52,471 bases of DNA from Patescibacteria group bacterium (GTDB lineage: Bacteria > Patescibacteriota > Minisyncoccia > Minisyncoccales > RBG-13-36-15), in assembly GCA_022574775.1 (NCBI GenBank), contig JACZRI010000005.1, positions 1-52,471 of the forward strand, given 5' to 3'. The position numbers were made by a program, and so were the translations under genes. The first letter of the stretch is position 1. Each line of letters starts with the position of its first letter. Shown piece by piece: positions 1 to 9,733 of the stretch. The notes below the pieces were generated by a model. That model worked only from the letters and a program-made list of their open reading frames with translations. It was not told the origin of the DNA and searched no databases.

Positions 1-2
1 GT

Positions 3-195
3 GATTTCACGACGCGACGACAAAGGAGTGGTTGGAAACTACTTCAAGGAGGAGCAACAAAGAAATCAGCCATTTTTCAGCTTCCTTTAAGGGCGGGTGA
101 ATTCAGGCAAGCTTCTTTGTTGCTCGTCGCTTACGATGCGCTTCGGCATCGCATCACTCCTCGCGCCTCGAATCTTGCCTGAATTCGCTCCGCTC
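3..195. repeat. Pair of oppositely oriented REP/MITE-like palindromic elements
   Basis: Inverted repeat gggcgggtgaattcaggcaag (91-111) / cttgcctgaattcgctccgctc (174-195) with an inner cgatgc/gcatcg hairpin; gagcaacaaagaa (52-64) is complementary to ttctttgttgctc (113-125). Confidence 0.7.
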
Positions 196-200
196 AACTG

Positions 201-227
201 ATTCTGGTTTGAATCCTACGCTCCTAA
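201..227 (+). repeat. T-loop-like repeat, copy 1 (attctggtttgaatcctacgctcctaa)
   Basis: Near-identical to 10814-10840 and to the reverse complement of 46021-46040. Confidence 0.7.
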
Positions 228-309
228 GATCAAGGAAAAAAATAGAGTAAAGAATTTTTACTCTTTTTTAATTGAATTTTTGACCTAGAAGTGATAATCT
301 AAGCATATA

Positions 310-891
310 ATGAGAAAAAAACTTCAGAATCAATATTTTATCCTAAGACACGGTCAAACAACCCAACAGATAAAAAGAGCCGAATTTACTTATAACTGGC
401 CAGATAAGCCGCCTGTGAGATTAACAAAAAAAGGAGAAGAGCAGATTAAAATCGCGGCAAAAAAGCTTAAAAAAGAAAGAATTAATCTTATTTATTCTTC
501 AGATATTTTTCGGACGAAGCAGAGCGCTGGAATCATAGCTAGAGAATTAGGGTTAAAAATTCATTTTGATAAAAGATTGAGAGATATAAATTTAGGAGTT
601 TATCATGGGGGGCCTAAAGAAGCACTATATAAAAGTTTCCCCGATCCGAGAAAAAGATTTTATCAAAGGCCGAAGAAAGGCGAGAGTTGGTCAGATTGCA
701 GGGGAAGGATGTTGAGTTTTCTCAGACAAGTAGATAAAAAATATAAAAATAAAAGAATTTTAATCATAAGCCATGGTGACTCATTATGGCTTTTAGAAGG
801 AGCGGTAAAAGGGCTAATTAACAAGGATATTTTGGATGAGAATTTTGTAAAAGGAAATTATATAAATGTTGGCGAGCTCCGAAAACTATAA
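310..891 (+). CDS. Histidine phosphatase (phosphoglycerate mutase family)
   Basis: LRHGQT, SSD..RTKQSA, GESW and SHG motifs. Confidence 0.9.
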   Translation: MRKKLQNQYFILRHGQTTQQIKRAEFTYNWPDKPPVRLTKKGEEQIKIAAKKLKKERINLIYSSDIFRTKQSAGIIARELGLKIHFDKRLRDINLGVYHGGPKEALYKSFPDPRKRFYQRPKKGESWSDCRGRMLSFLRQVDKKYKNKRILIISHGDSLWLLEGAVKGLINKDILDENFVKGNYINVGELRKL

Positions 892-895
892 ATTT

Positions 896-3775
896 ATGGA
901 ATTGGATTTTCCAAAGATAGAGGAAAGAATATTAAAATTTTGGCGCAAAAATAAGATTTTTGACAAACTTCGCAAGAAAAACAAAGGGAAGATGCATTTT
1001 TCATTTTTAGACGGTCCCATAACCGCAAATAATCCAATGGGCGTTCATCATGCCTGGGGAAGGACATATAAAGATCTTTTCCAAAGGTACAAAGCTATGC
1101 GGGGTTTTGACCAGAGATTTCAGAATGGCTTTGATTGTCAGGGTCTTTGGGTAGAGGTGGAAGTTGAAAAAGAGCTCGGGTTCAAAACAAAGAAAGACAT
1201 CGAAAAATTCGGTATCGGAAAATTTGTCAAAGCTTGCAAAAAGAGAGCGCTGAAGTATTCAAAAATTCAGACAAGGCAATCAATCAGGCTTGGTCAGTGG
1301 ATGGACTGGAAAAATTCTTATTATACAATGTCTGACGAGAATAATTATGCAATCTGGCATTTTCTTAAAAAATGTTGGAAGAAAGGTTTGTTGTATAAAG
1401 GAAAAGATGTTGTTCCTTGGTGTCCCCGTTGCGGTACTGCTATTTCCCAGCACGAAATTTTAACAGAGGAATATAAAGAGATAGTGCACAAATCCATTTT
1501 TTTTAAATTACCAATCATTGAGCGGAAGAATACTTTTTTTCTTGTCTGGACTACTACTCCTTGGACCCTCCCAGCGAATGTTTCTTTGGCTGTCCACCCA
1601 GGATTTAGTTATGCAGAAGTGAAGAATAAGACAGGCGAAATTTTTATTTTACTCAAAGATAAATCTCATTTGGTACCCGGAGGAAAAATAATTAAGACTT
1701 TCAAAGGAAACAAATTGAAAAATCTAAAATATCAGGGATTATTTGATGAATTGCCTGCAGTTAAGAAAGCTCTTTTAAATAAAAGTCATTCGGTTATTTT
1801 CTGGAAAGAGGTTTCTAAAGAGGAAGGAACAGGGATTGTGCATATTGCACCTGGTTGTGGTCAAGAGGACTTTCAGTTAAGCAAGGAATTTAATTTATCA
1901 GTTATTGATCCTACTAATAATGAATCAATATATAATCACGGTTTTGGATTCTTGGCTGGGAAATCTGTAACTGGTATCTCCAATGTAATTTTTGAAAGTT
2001 TAAATGAAAAAAATTTAGTTTTTAAAATCGAAGATTATAAACATCGTTATCCTACATGCTGGCGATGTAAATCAGAATTGATTTTTCGGTTGGTTGATGA
2101 ATGGTATATTTCTATGGCACAGTTAAGAAAACCCTTAATAAATGTTGCAAAGGAAATAAAATGGATTCCTTCTTTTGGCTTAGAAAGAGAGATTGACTGG
2201 TTGAAAAATATGCAAGATTGGTTAATTTCTAAAAAAAGATATTGGGGTTTGGCATTGCCAATTTATGAATGCGAACACTGCGGCAATTTTGAAGTAATCG
2301 GATCAAAGGAGGAATTAAAAAAAAGAGCGGCTAAGGGGTGGAAAAAGTTTGAAGGTCATTCTCCGCATCGTCCCTGGGTAGATAAGATCAAAATAAAATG
2401 TTCAAAATGCAAGGAATTAACTTCTCGCATTACAGATGTCGGAACTCCCTGGTTAGATGCCGGAATTCTTCCTTTCTCGACCATGGGCTACTTTTCTGAC
2501 AAAGATTATTGGAAATCATGGTTTCCTGCAGATTTTATCTGCGAAGCCTTTTCTGGACAATTTAAAAACTGGTTTTATTCTCTCATTGTTATGAGTACTG
2601 TTTTAGAAAATACTTCTCCGACCAAAACAATTTTTGGGCATGCTTCCGTGCTAGATGAAAAAGGAGAGGAGATGCACAAAAGCAAAGGAAATGTTATTTG
2701 GTTTGATGAAGCGGTAAAAAGAATGGGAGCTGATTTAATGCGCTGGATGTATGCAACGCAAAATCCTATCTACAATTTAAAATTTGGCTATAGGACTGGC
2801 GAAGAAAAGAAGAGGAAATTATTAACTCTTTGGAACAACTTTGTTTTTTTTAGAACCTATATTAAGAATGATGAGTTTCCTAAAAAATGGCAGACCATAG
2901 AATCAAATAATATTTTAGATAAATGGATTACTTCTCGTTTGCATAATGTAATTGGTAAAGTTACCAAAAGTTTAGACAGATATAATGCTAAAGAAGCGAG
3001 CTTGGCTATTGAAAACTTCTTTATTAAAGACCTTTCTTTGTGGTATATCCGAAGATCTAGAAAGAGATTTCAGCAGCAAAACGGTAATCGAGATAAAAAT
3101 GAGGCAGCAGAAACACTTTATGTGATTCTTTTATATTTAGCAGTGCTAATTTCTCCTATACTTCCATTTTTATCTGAAGAGATTTATTTGCATTTAAGAA
3201 AAAAAGATATGCCAAAATCAATTCATTTATGGGATTGGCCCGAAAAAGATGAAGAAAAAGTTAATATGGAATTAGAGAAAAAAATGGCCGGTGTGCGAGA
3301 GATTGTTGCCATGGCTTTAGCTGAAAGACAGGAATATGGAATCAAGGTACGCCAGCCTCTTTTAAGGTTGAAATTAAAAAGTAAGATGTTGAGCAAAGAC
3401 AAAGAATTACTGGAGTTGATAAAAGATGAAGTAAATGTAAAGGAGATAGTTTTTGATTCTAAAACGAAGAAAGAAGTGAAATTGGATACGAAAATTACAC
3501 CAAGTTTAAAAGAGGAAGGAATGATTAGAGAAGTAATTCGCAATATTCAAGGAATGAGAAAGAGGGCTGGGTTGATGCCACGGAATAAGATTGCAGTTAG
3601 TCTATTAGCTCAACCCCGATTAAATAAAGTTTTAGAAAAGAAAAGAAATCTGATTTTAGAAAAAGTCAATGCAAAAGAGTTAAACTTTGGAAAGAAACTA
3701 AAAACAGTTTTTGATGCTGAAAAAGAGATCAAAGTCGATCAGCAAAAATTATTAATAAGAATAAAAAAACTCTAA
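896..3775 (+). CDS. ileS: Isoleucine--tRNA ligase (type 2-like)
   Basis: DGPITAN..MGVHHAW, GFDCQGLWVE, WTTTPWTLP, DWLISKKRYWG, EMHKSKGN; ATG at 896 preferred over the ORF-track start at 866. Confidence 0.96.
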   Translation: MELDFPKIEERILKFWRKNKIFDKLRKKNKGKMHFSFLDGPITANNPMGVHHAWGRTYKDLFQRYKAMRGFDQRFQNGFDCQGLWVEVEVEKELGFKTKKDIEKFGIGKFVKACKKRALKYSKIQTRQSIRLGQWMDWKNSYYTMSDENNYAIWHFLKKCWKKGLLYKGKDVVPWCPRCGTAISQHEILTEEYKEIVHKSIFFKLPIIERKNTFFLVWTTTPWTLPANVSLAVHPGFSYAEVKNKTGEIFILLKDKSHLVPGGKIIKTFKGNKLKNLKYQGLFDELPAVKKALLNKSHSVIFWKEVSKEEGTGIVHIAPGCGQEDFQLSKEFNLSVIDPTNNESIYNHGFGFLAGKSVTGISNVIFESLNEKNLVFKIEDYKHRYPTCWRCKSELIFRLVDEWYISMAQLRKPLINVAKEIKWIPSFGLEREIDWLKNMQDWLISKKRYWGLALPIYECEHCGNFEVIGSKEELKKRAAKGWKKFEGHSPHRPWVDKIKIKCSKCKELTSRITDVGTPWLDAGILPFSTMGYFSDKDYWKSWFPADFICEAFSGQFKNWFYSLIVMSTVLENTSPTKTIFGHASVLDEKGEEMHKSKGNVIWFDEAVKRMGADLMRWMYATQNPIYNLKFGYRTGEEKKRKLLTLWNNFVFFRTYIKNDEFPKKWQTIESNNILDKWITSRLHNVIGKVTKSLDRYNAKEASLAIENFFIKDLSLWYIRRSRKRFQQQNGNRDKNEAAETLYVILLYLAVLISPILPFLSEEIYLHLRKKDMPKSIHLWDWPEKDEEKVNMELEKKMAGVREIVAMALAERQEYGIKVRQPLLRLKLKSKMLSKDKELLELIKDEVNVKEIVFDSKTKKEVKLDTKITPSLKEEGMIREVIRNIQGMRKRAGLMPRNKIAVSLLAQPRLNKVLEKKRNLILEKVNAKELNFGKKLKTVFDAEKEIKVDQQKLLIRIKKL

Positions 3776-3792
3776 AAGATAGCATAAAAAAT

Positions 3793-4170
3793 ATGATTAT
3801 TTTCGGAAAAAGGCCACAAGTTCCAAGCCCGAGTGTAAAAAAACCGAAACAACCAGCTTCTCCTTTGAGTTTTTTCGAGGAAAAAAGAATATGGCGTAAG
3901 AGTATGGCGAAGAGAAAGTTTCGGCAAGGTTCACGCTTAATTCCCGGTACAGGGGGTATGCGCTACAGTCATCACAAGATGGATAAAATACTAGACGAGA
4001 GATTTTCGTGGGATATACATAAAGGCTTTATTTCTAGAGATGGTGCAATAAGATCGCTCAAAAAGCTTCGAAGAGAAGAATTCAACGCCGCTACAGGCGA
4101 AAAAAGAAGAGAGCTTAAAAGAGAAAGATTAGTTTTAGAAGAGGGATTCGGGCTTAAAGGAAAGTACTAA
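3793..4170 (+). CDS. Hypothetical basic protein
   Basis: 125-aa ORF filling the ileS-recO gap on the operon strand; no recognised motif. Confidence 0.6.
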   Translation: MIIFGKRPQVPSPSVKKPKQPASPLSFFEEKRIWRKSMAKRKFRQGSRLIPGTGGMRYSHHKMDKILDERFSWDIHKGFISRDGAIRSLKKLRREEFNAATGEKRRELKRERLVLEEGFGLKGKY

Positions 4171-4190
4171 TCACTAAATACTAAATTATT

Positions 4191-4922
4191 ATGGCTATTC
4201 GCTACCGTACGCAAGGTTTTATTTTAAAAAAAACTGATCGTGGTGAATCAGATCGGATTTTCACGATTTATACCCGAGATTTTGGAAAACTGGAGATTTT
4301 GGCTAAAGCAATACGGAAGATTAAATCAAAATTAAGGAAAGGAACTGAGATTTTTTATCTATCAGAGATTGAATTTGTCCAGGGAAAAATATACAAAACT
4401 TTAATTGATGCTGTTCTTGTTGAAAATTTTCGAAAGATCGGTAAAGATTTAAGAAAAATGGCTCTGTCTTTTCGAATTTTAGAAATTTTGGATAATTTAA
4501 TTAGAAAAGAAGAGAAAGATGAAAAAACCTGGAATTTATTAATAAACACATTTAAAGAGCTAAATCGTCAGCCATCGATAGCAAGCAATCAACAGTTGCT
4601 TTTCTACTACTTTATTTGGAATTTTCTATCAGTTTTAGGATATAAGCCAGAGCTTAATATCTGTTCTTTGTGCAATAAGAAATTAGTTCCAAAGAATCTT
4701 TATTTTAATTTCAAAGAGGGAGGAGTTACTTGCGAGGGTTGTTTCAGGAAAGCTGGAGAAGGAGAAAGAATTTCTCCAGAAACAATAAAAGTTTTAAGAT
4801 TTATTTTGGAAAAAAAATGGAGGGTTGTTTCCCGCTTGAGAATAGAAGAAGAATCTTTTATATCCCTAAAAAGAATTTCTGATTATTGGATAAAATTCCT
4901 TCCTCAAGCCGCCATATTTTAA
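4191..4922 (+). CDS. recO: DNA repair protein RecO
   Basis: ESDRIFTIYTRDFGKL..AKAIRK N-terminal OB fold; CxxC...CxxC zinc finger. Confidence 0.93.
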   Translation: MAIRYRTQGFILKKTDRGESDRIFTIYTRDFGKLEILAKAIRKIKSKLRKGTEIFYLSEIEFVQGKIYKTLIDAVLVENFRKIGKDLRKMALSFRILEILDNLIRKEEKDEKTWNLLINTFKELNRQPSIASNQQLLFYYFIWNFLSVLGYKPELNICSLCNKKLVPKNLYFNFKEGGVTCEGCFRKAGEGERISPETIKVLRFILEKKWRVVSRLRIEEESFISLKRISDYWIKFLPQAAIF

Positions 4923-4925
4923 AAA

Positions 4926-6587
4926 ATGAGCTTTAAAAAATTAACAATTTTTCTGATTCTTTTGAGTATTTTTTTGGCAGTGGCTGGATTTTGGTACTAC
5001 CAAAGGAATATTTTTTCCAGAGGGGTTTTAATGCTGGAAATTTTGGCCCCGAATGAGGTGGAGTTATTAGAAGAAATTGAATACATTGTGAAATATAAAA
5101 ATGTCGGGAATATCAGACTAGAAGAAGCAAGGCTTATTTTTGAATACCCAGAATATTCACTGGTGGAAAATGGAAAATTAAGGATTGAGGAAGAGTTGGG
5201 AGATATTTATCCAGAAGAAGAAAGGACCATTTCTTTTAAAGCAAGGCTACTAGGGGAAAAAGGAGAAACTAAAATCGCCAAAGCTTGGTTGAGTTACAGT
5301 CCTAAAAATATACAATCTCGTTATGATTCGGAAAACTCCCATACTACTACTATTACATTTGTTCCTCTTACTTTTGAGATAGATATTCCTTCAAAGATAG
5401 AGTCTGGAAAAGAATTCAGATTAAGATTGAATTATTTTTCAAATGTCAATTATCCGCTTTCTGGCTTGCGGGCAAAAATTAAGTACCCTCCAGGCTTTGA
5501 GTTTTTAGAAAGTACGCCATCGGCCATTGGAGGCAATGAATGGGAAATAGGTCTTTTGAATAAGACCGAGGGAGGAAGAATCGAGATTTTAGGAAAAATT
5601 ACTGGAGAGGTGAAAGAAGAGAAATTTTTCCGGGCTAATTTCGGAAGCTGGCAGGAAGGAGAATTCGTCTTACTTAAAGAGGCGGTTCAAGGGATAGAGA
5701 TAACCAGGCCTTTTTTGTACATCACCCAGCAGATTAATAACAATCCCAAATATGTGGTCAGCCCTGGTGATTTCCTTCATTACGAGATTTTCTTTAAAAA
5801 CTTGGGGGAGAGACCTCAATTAAATTTATTTTTAGTAGTAAGGTTAGAAGGTGATGCTTTCAATTTTCAGAGTTTAAAGACAGAACGGGGAAAGTTTGAG
5901 CCGGGCGATAATTCTCTTATTTGGGATTCCAGAGATGTTCCGCAACTTCAGTTTTTAGATTCTCAAGAAGAAGGGAAGGTTGAGTTTTGGATTGAATTAA
6001 AAGAACAATGGCCAATTTCTGGTCAAAGGGATAAAAATCCAGTAATCAAAAATAGAGTTTTTCTTAGTCAGGCAAGAAAAGAATTCATAACTAAGGTTAA
6101 TTCAAAATTGGAGATTTTGCAAAAAGGATATTTTAAGGACGAAATTTTCGGAAGCTCCGGCCCCCTCCCTCCTCAAGTTGACCAAACTACAGCCTACACC
6201 ATTTTATGGCAAGCGAAGAACTTTTATAATGATTTAAAAAACGTTAAGGTAAAAGCTACTTTGCCAAATTGGGTAAGGCTGACAGGAGAAATTTTTCCAA
6301 AAGACGCAAGGCTGACTTTTGATTCCCAAAGCAGGGAAATTATCTGGGAGATTGGAGACTTAGAAATGGGGACAGGTGTCTTAAACGAGCCTTTGACTAT
6401 TGCTTTTCAGATTGCCTTTACTCCTCCCTTGTCCCAAAGAGGCAGGACTCCTACGCTTGTCGGGCTTTCGGTAATAACTGGAGAAGATCTTTGGACCGGA
6501 AATATTATTGATGATCTGGCAAAATCAATAGATACAACTTTGCCAGATGATCCAACTGTTACTGGGCAAGAAGGAATAGTGCAATAA
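4926..6587 (+). CDS. Membrane-anchored beta-rich surface protein (DUF11-like repeats)
   Basis: N-terminal TM helix; repeated Y.I.YKN.G / W.IG.L beta-sandwich modules. Confidence 0.7.
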   Translation: MSFKKLTIFLILLSIFLAVAGFWYYQRNIFSRGVLMLEILAPNEVELLEEIEYIVKYKNVGNIRLEEARLIFEYPEYSLVENGKLRIEEELGDIYPEEERTISFKARLLGEKGETKIAKAWLSYSPKNIQSRYDSENSHTTTITFVPLTFEIDIPSKIESGKEFRLRLNYFSNVNYPLSGLRAKIKYPPGFEFLESTPSAIGGNEWEIGLLNKTEGGRIEILGKITGEVKEEKFFRANFGSWQEGEFVLLKEAVQGIEITRPFLYITQQINNNPKYVVSPGDFLHYEIFFKNLGERPQLNLFLVVRLEGDAFNFQSLKTERGKFEPGDNSLIWDSRDVPQLQFLDSQEEGKVEFWIELKEQWPISGQRDKNPVIKNRVFLSQARKEFITKVNSKLEILQKGYFKDEIFGSSGPLPPQVDQTTAYTILWQAKNFYNDLKNVKVKATLPNWVRLTGEIFPKDARLTFDSQSREIIWEIGDLEMGTGVLNEPLTIAFQIAFTPPLSQRGRTPTLVGLSVITGEDLWTGNIIDDLAKSIDTTLPDDPTVTGQEGIVQ

Positions 6588-6712
6588 AAATTCTAAGCAC
6601 TAAATCCTAAACAAATTCCAATGACCAAAATTCCAAATTCCAAACATTTTATTTGACGCATTGGAAAATTTGAATTTAGATATTGTTTAGAAATTAGATA
6701 TTAGAAATTTTC
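6586..6712. repeat. Inverted array of degenerate 7-nt repeats
   Basis: ttctaag-cactaaa-tcctaaa...ttccaaa-ttccaaa followed by the mirror arm tttgaat-ttagata...ttagaaa-ttagata-ttagaaa. Confidence 0.75.
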
Positions 6713-6719
6713 AAACATT

Positions 6720-6773
6720 ATGGATTTAATGTCAAAAATCGTTTCTCTAACCAAAAGACGCGCCGCCCGGTAG
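6720..6773 (+). pseudogene. Truncated duplicate of the glyQS N-terminus (MDLMSKIVSLTKRRAAR*)
   Basis: Aligns to TLMEKIISLCKRR of the downstream GlyRS and ends within a GC palindrome. Confidence 0.65.
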
Positions 6774-6789
6774 GGCGAGCCTCGCCTCT
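6760..6789. repeat. GC palindrome, family A (ggcgagcctcgcctct)
   Basis: The same core occurs at 36351-36366 in pth, with variants at 50065 and 38912. Confidence 0.75.
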
Positions 6790-6840
6790 TTTAGAACCTG
6801 TACTATGCAAAGAAATTATTTAAAAGGTCAACTTACTCTG

Positions 6841-8190
6841 ATGGAAAAAATAATAAGCCTATGCAAGAGGCGGGGATTTATTTTTCCTTCTTCTGAAATT
6901 TACGGAGGAATTGAGGCTTTGTGGGATTATGGCCCTTTGGGTTCTCTTTTGAAAAATAATATTAAGAAAGAGTGGCTTAAAAGGTTCGTTCAGGAGAAAG
7001 AAGATGTTGTTTTGATTGATGGGACCGTTTTAATGAATCCAAAAATCTGGGAGGCTTCCGGTCACCTTAAAAGCTTTACCGATCCTTTAGTGGAGTGTAA
7101 AAATTGTCATTCGAGATTTCGAGCAGATCATATGGAAAACGGCAGTTTTGTTGGCGAGGACAAGGCAAAATCGAAAAACCAGTGCTCGCAATGCGGCGGG
7201 AAAAATTTTACTCCTCCCAAGAATTTTAATTTAATGTTTAAGACTTTTTTAGGGCCGGTTGAGGACAAAGCCAGCATAACTTATTTGCGGCCAGAGACTG
7301 CCCAATCAATGTTCACAGATTTTAAGCTTGTCCAGGAGTCACAGCGCTTGAAAATTCCTTTTGGAATTGCTCAAATCGGGCGCTGTTTTAGAAATGAAAT
7401 TACCACGGGCAATTTTATTTTTCGCTCTCGCGAATTTGATATTGCTGAAATTGAATATTTTGTTGAGCCTGGCAAAGATGAAAAATGGTTTGATACGTGG
7501 CTTAACGAATGGGAAAAATTCTTTTTAGATTTGGGTTTAAGAAAAGAAAATCTCCGTCGCTATGAACATCCGAAAAAATCACTCGCTCATTACTCAAAAC
7601 GAACAGTGGATATTGAATATAAATTCCCTTTTGGGTGGGGAGAGCTGGCAGGAGTGGCTAATCGTACAGATTATGATTTAAAAAACCACAGTGAGTTTTC
7701 CGGACAGGATTTAAGTTATTATGATGAGGAGAAAAAAAAGAAATATTATCCTTATGTAATAGAGCCGACAGTTGGGATAGAAAGAATACTTTTGGCTGTT
7801 TTATGTGATGCTTATACTGAAGTGAAGGGCGGAAGAACGAAAACCACGACAGCTGTTAAAGAGGTTGAAATTGTGCTCAAGCTTGATAGAAAATTAGCGC
7901 CAATAAAAGTTGCTGTTTTACCCTTAGTAAAAAATAAACCGGGATTGGTGAAAAAAGCCAAAAAGGTTCATCAATTATTAAAATCTCATTTTGATTGTCA
8001 ATATGACGAATTAGGCTCTATTGGCAGAAGGTACCGCAGGCAGGATGAAATCGGTACCATCTTTTGTCTTACAGTGGATTTTGATAGCTTAAAACAAGAT
8101 GATTTAACCGTCAGGGATCGCGATACAATGAAACAAAAGAGGGTGAAAATTAATGAGTTGGTTGAGCATTTGAAAAAGAAATTGGCGTAA
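6841..8190 (+). CDS. glyQS: Glycine--tRNA ligase (alpha2 type)
   Basis: KRRGFIFPSSEIYGG, YLRPETAQ, FRNEIT, YVIEP, IGRRYRRQDEIGT; alternative start at 6805. Confidence 0.97.
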   Translation: MEKIISLCKRRGFIFPSSEIYGGIEALWDYGPLGSLLKNNIKKEWLKRFVQEKEDVVLIDGTVLMNPKIWEASGHLKSFTDPLVECKNCHSRFRADHMENGSFVGEDKAKSKNQCSQCGGKNFTPPKNFNLMFKTFLGPVEDKASITYLRPETAQSMFTDFKLVQESQRLKIPFGIAQIGRCFRNEITTGNFIFRSREFDIAEIEYFVEPGKDEKWFDTWLNEWEKFFLDLGLRKENLRRYEHPKKSLAHYSKRTVDIEYKFPFGWGELAGVANRTDYDLKNHSEFSGQDLSYYDEEKKKKYYPYVIEPTVGIERILLAVLCDAYTEVKGGRTKTTTAVKEVEIVLKLDRKLAPIKVAVLPLVKNKPGLVKKAKKVHQLLKSHFDCQYDELGSIGRRYRRQDEIGTIFCLTVDFDSLKQDDLTVRDRDTMKQKRVKINELVEHLKKKLA

Positions 8191-8290
8191 AATATAATAT
8201 GAGAAAAAGCCGTACTTAATTAAATCAAAATGACTAAACCCTAATAGCCAAAAATCTTAGATAATTCGAATAGGTATTAGAGAAATCCAA

Positions 8291-8319
8291 AAAATGGCTC
8301 ACTGAAGCGAGCCATTTTT
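8291..8319. terminator. Intrinsic terminator after glyQS
   Basis: aaaatggctc-actgaagc-gagccattttt. Confidence 0.75.
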
Positions 8320-8377
8320 GTTTATTTGAAAAGTTGGTATAATAACAGAATAACAATTTCAGTCCATTAAATGATCC

Positions 8378-8468
8378 GCATTTTTTCGCGTAGCTACCTG
8401 TCCCTCAACGGTTTGAGCCGTAAGGCGATGGCGGGTGGATCCGCGTCATTTCGCTTCTACGGAGAATG
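8378..8468. repeat. Nested palindrome in the 5' region of the M16 peptidase (family B copy at 8396-8439)
   Basis: acctgtccctcaacggtttgagccgtaaggcgatggcgggtgga aligns to the metG insert at 13184-13226. Confidence 0.75.
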
Positions 8469-9731
8469 TTCAAAAAAACACAACTTTCAAATGGTTTGAG
8501 AATTATCACTATTCCCCAAAGAGGGACTCGGGCGGTAACGGTTTTGGTTTTAGTTGCTACTGGTTCAAAATATGAGACAAAAGAAATCAGCGGCATTTCC
8601 CATTTTTTGGAACACGTATTTTTTAAAGGCACGAAAAAGCGTCCAAATACTTTAGCGATTGCAGAAACCTTAGATCGAGTAGGAGGAATGTATAACGCTT
8701 TTACCTCAAAAGAATTTACTGGATACTGGGCAAAAGTAGATGCGAAGCATTTTGATTTGGCTTTGGACTGGGTTTCAGACATCCTATTGAATTCAAAATT
8801 TGAGAAAAAAGAGTTAGAAAGAGAGAAGAAGGTGGTGATTGAAGAAATGAATATGTATTTGGACACCCCAATGAGTTATATCGGTGATTTATGGGAGAAA
8901 TTACTCTATGGAGATCAACCAGCTGGATGGATGACAATCGGCGAAAAAGCGACAATAGCAAAATTACAAAGAAAACAAGTTTTGGATTATTTGAAAAACC
9001 ATTATGTAACGAAGAATATTATTGTCTGCGTGGCAGGAAATTTAGAAGGGAAGTCCGCTGAGAGAAAAATTAAAAAATATTTTCGGGACATCAAAGTTGG
9101 AAAGCCAAAACCAAAATTAAAAGTCAGGGAGAAACAAAATCTACCCCAAAGCTTACTCCATTATAAAAAAACAGATCAAACCCATTTTTGTTTAGGAGTG
9201 AGAGCTTATAGTTTATTTCATCCCTTAAAGTACGCTCAAACTGTCTTAAGCACTATCTTGGGTGGAAATATGAGTTCTCGACTTTTTATTTCAGTTCGTG
9301 AAAGAGCGGGCCTTGCCTATTATATTCGCACCTCGGCAGAAAATGCCACAGATACCGGGTATCTTGTTACTCAAGCTGGGGTGGATAATCAAAATGTAGA
9401 AAAAGCTATTAATTTAATTCTAAAAGAGTATAAAAACCTAAAAAATAAAAACATCAAAGCGGCAGAGCTCCAAAAAGCGAAAGATTATCTCAAGGGAAAT
9501 TTGATTTTATCTCTGGAGTCTTCTGATGCAAAAGCTAATTTTTATGCTGGCCAAGAGCTATTAGAAGGGAAAATATTAATGCTTAAAGAAAAACTCAAAA
9601 AAATTGATGAGGTTACAGAAAAACAAATTAAGAATGTAGCGCGAGAGATTTTTCAACCGCAAAAACTCAATTTAACTCTCATTGGTCCATTTAAAAATAA
9701 ATCAAAGTTTCAAAAATTATTGAAAATATAA
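8466..9731 (+). CDS. M16 (pitrilysin) family zinc peptidase
   Basis: GISHFLEHVFFKGT (HxxEH), NAFTSKE, GGNMSSRLF..VRE..GLAY. Confidence 0.95.
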   Translation: MFKKTQLSNGLRIITIPQRGTRAVTVLVLVATGSKYETKEISGISHFLEHVFFKGTKKRPNTLAIAETLDRVGGMYNAFTSKEFTGYWAKVDAKHFDLALDWVSDILLNSKFEKKELEREKKVVIEEMNMYLDTPMSYIGDLWEKLLYGDQPAGWMTIGEKATIAKLQRKQVLDYLKNHYVTKNIIVCVAGNLEGKSAERKIKKYFRDIKVGKPKPKLKVREKQNLPQSLLHYKKTDQTHFCLGVRAYSLFHPLKYAQTVLSTILGGNMSSRLFISVRERAGLAYYIRTSAENATDTGYLVTQAGVDNQNVEKAINLILKEYKNLKNKNIKAAELQKAKDYLKGNLILSLESSDAKANFYAGQELLEGKILMLKEKLKKIDEVTEKQIKNVAREIFQPQKLNLTLIGPFKNKSKFQKLLKI

Positions 9732-9733
9732 CC

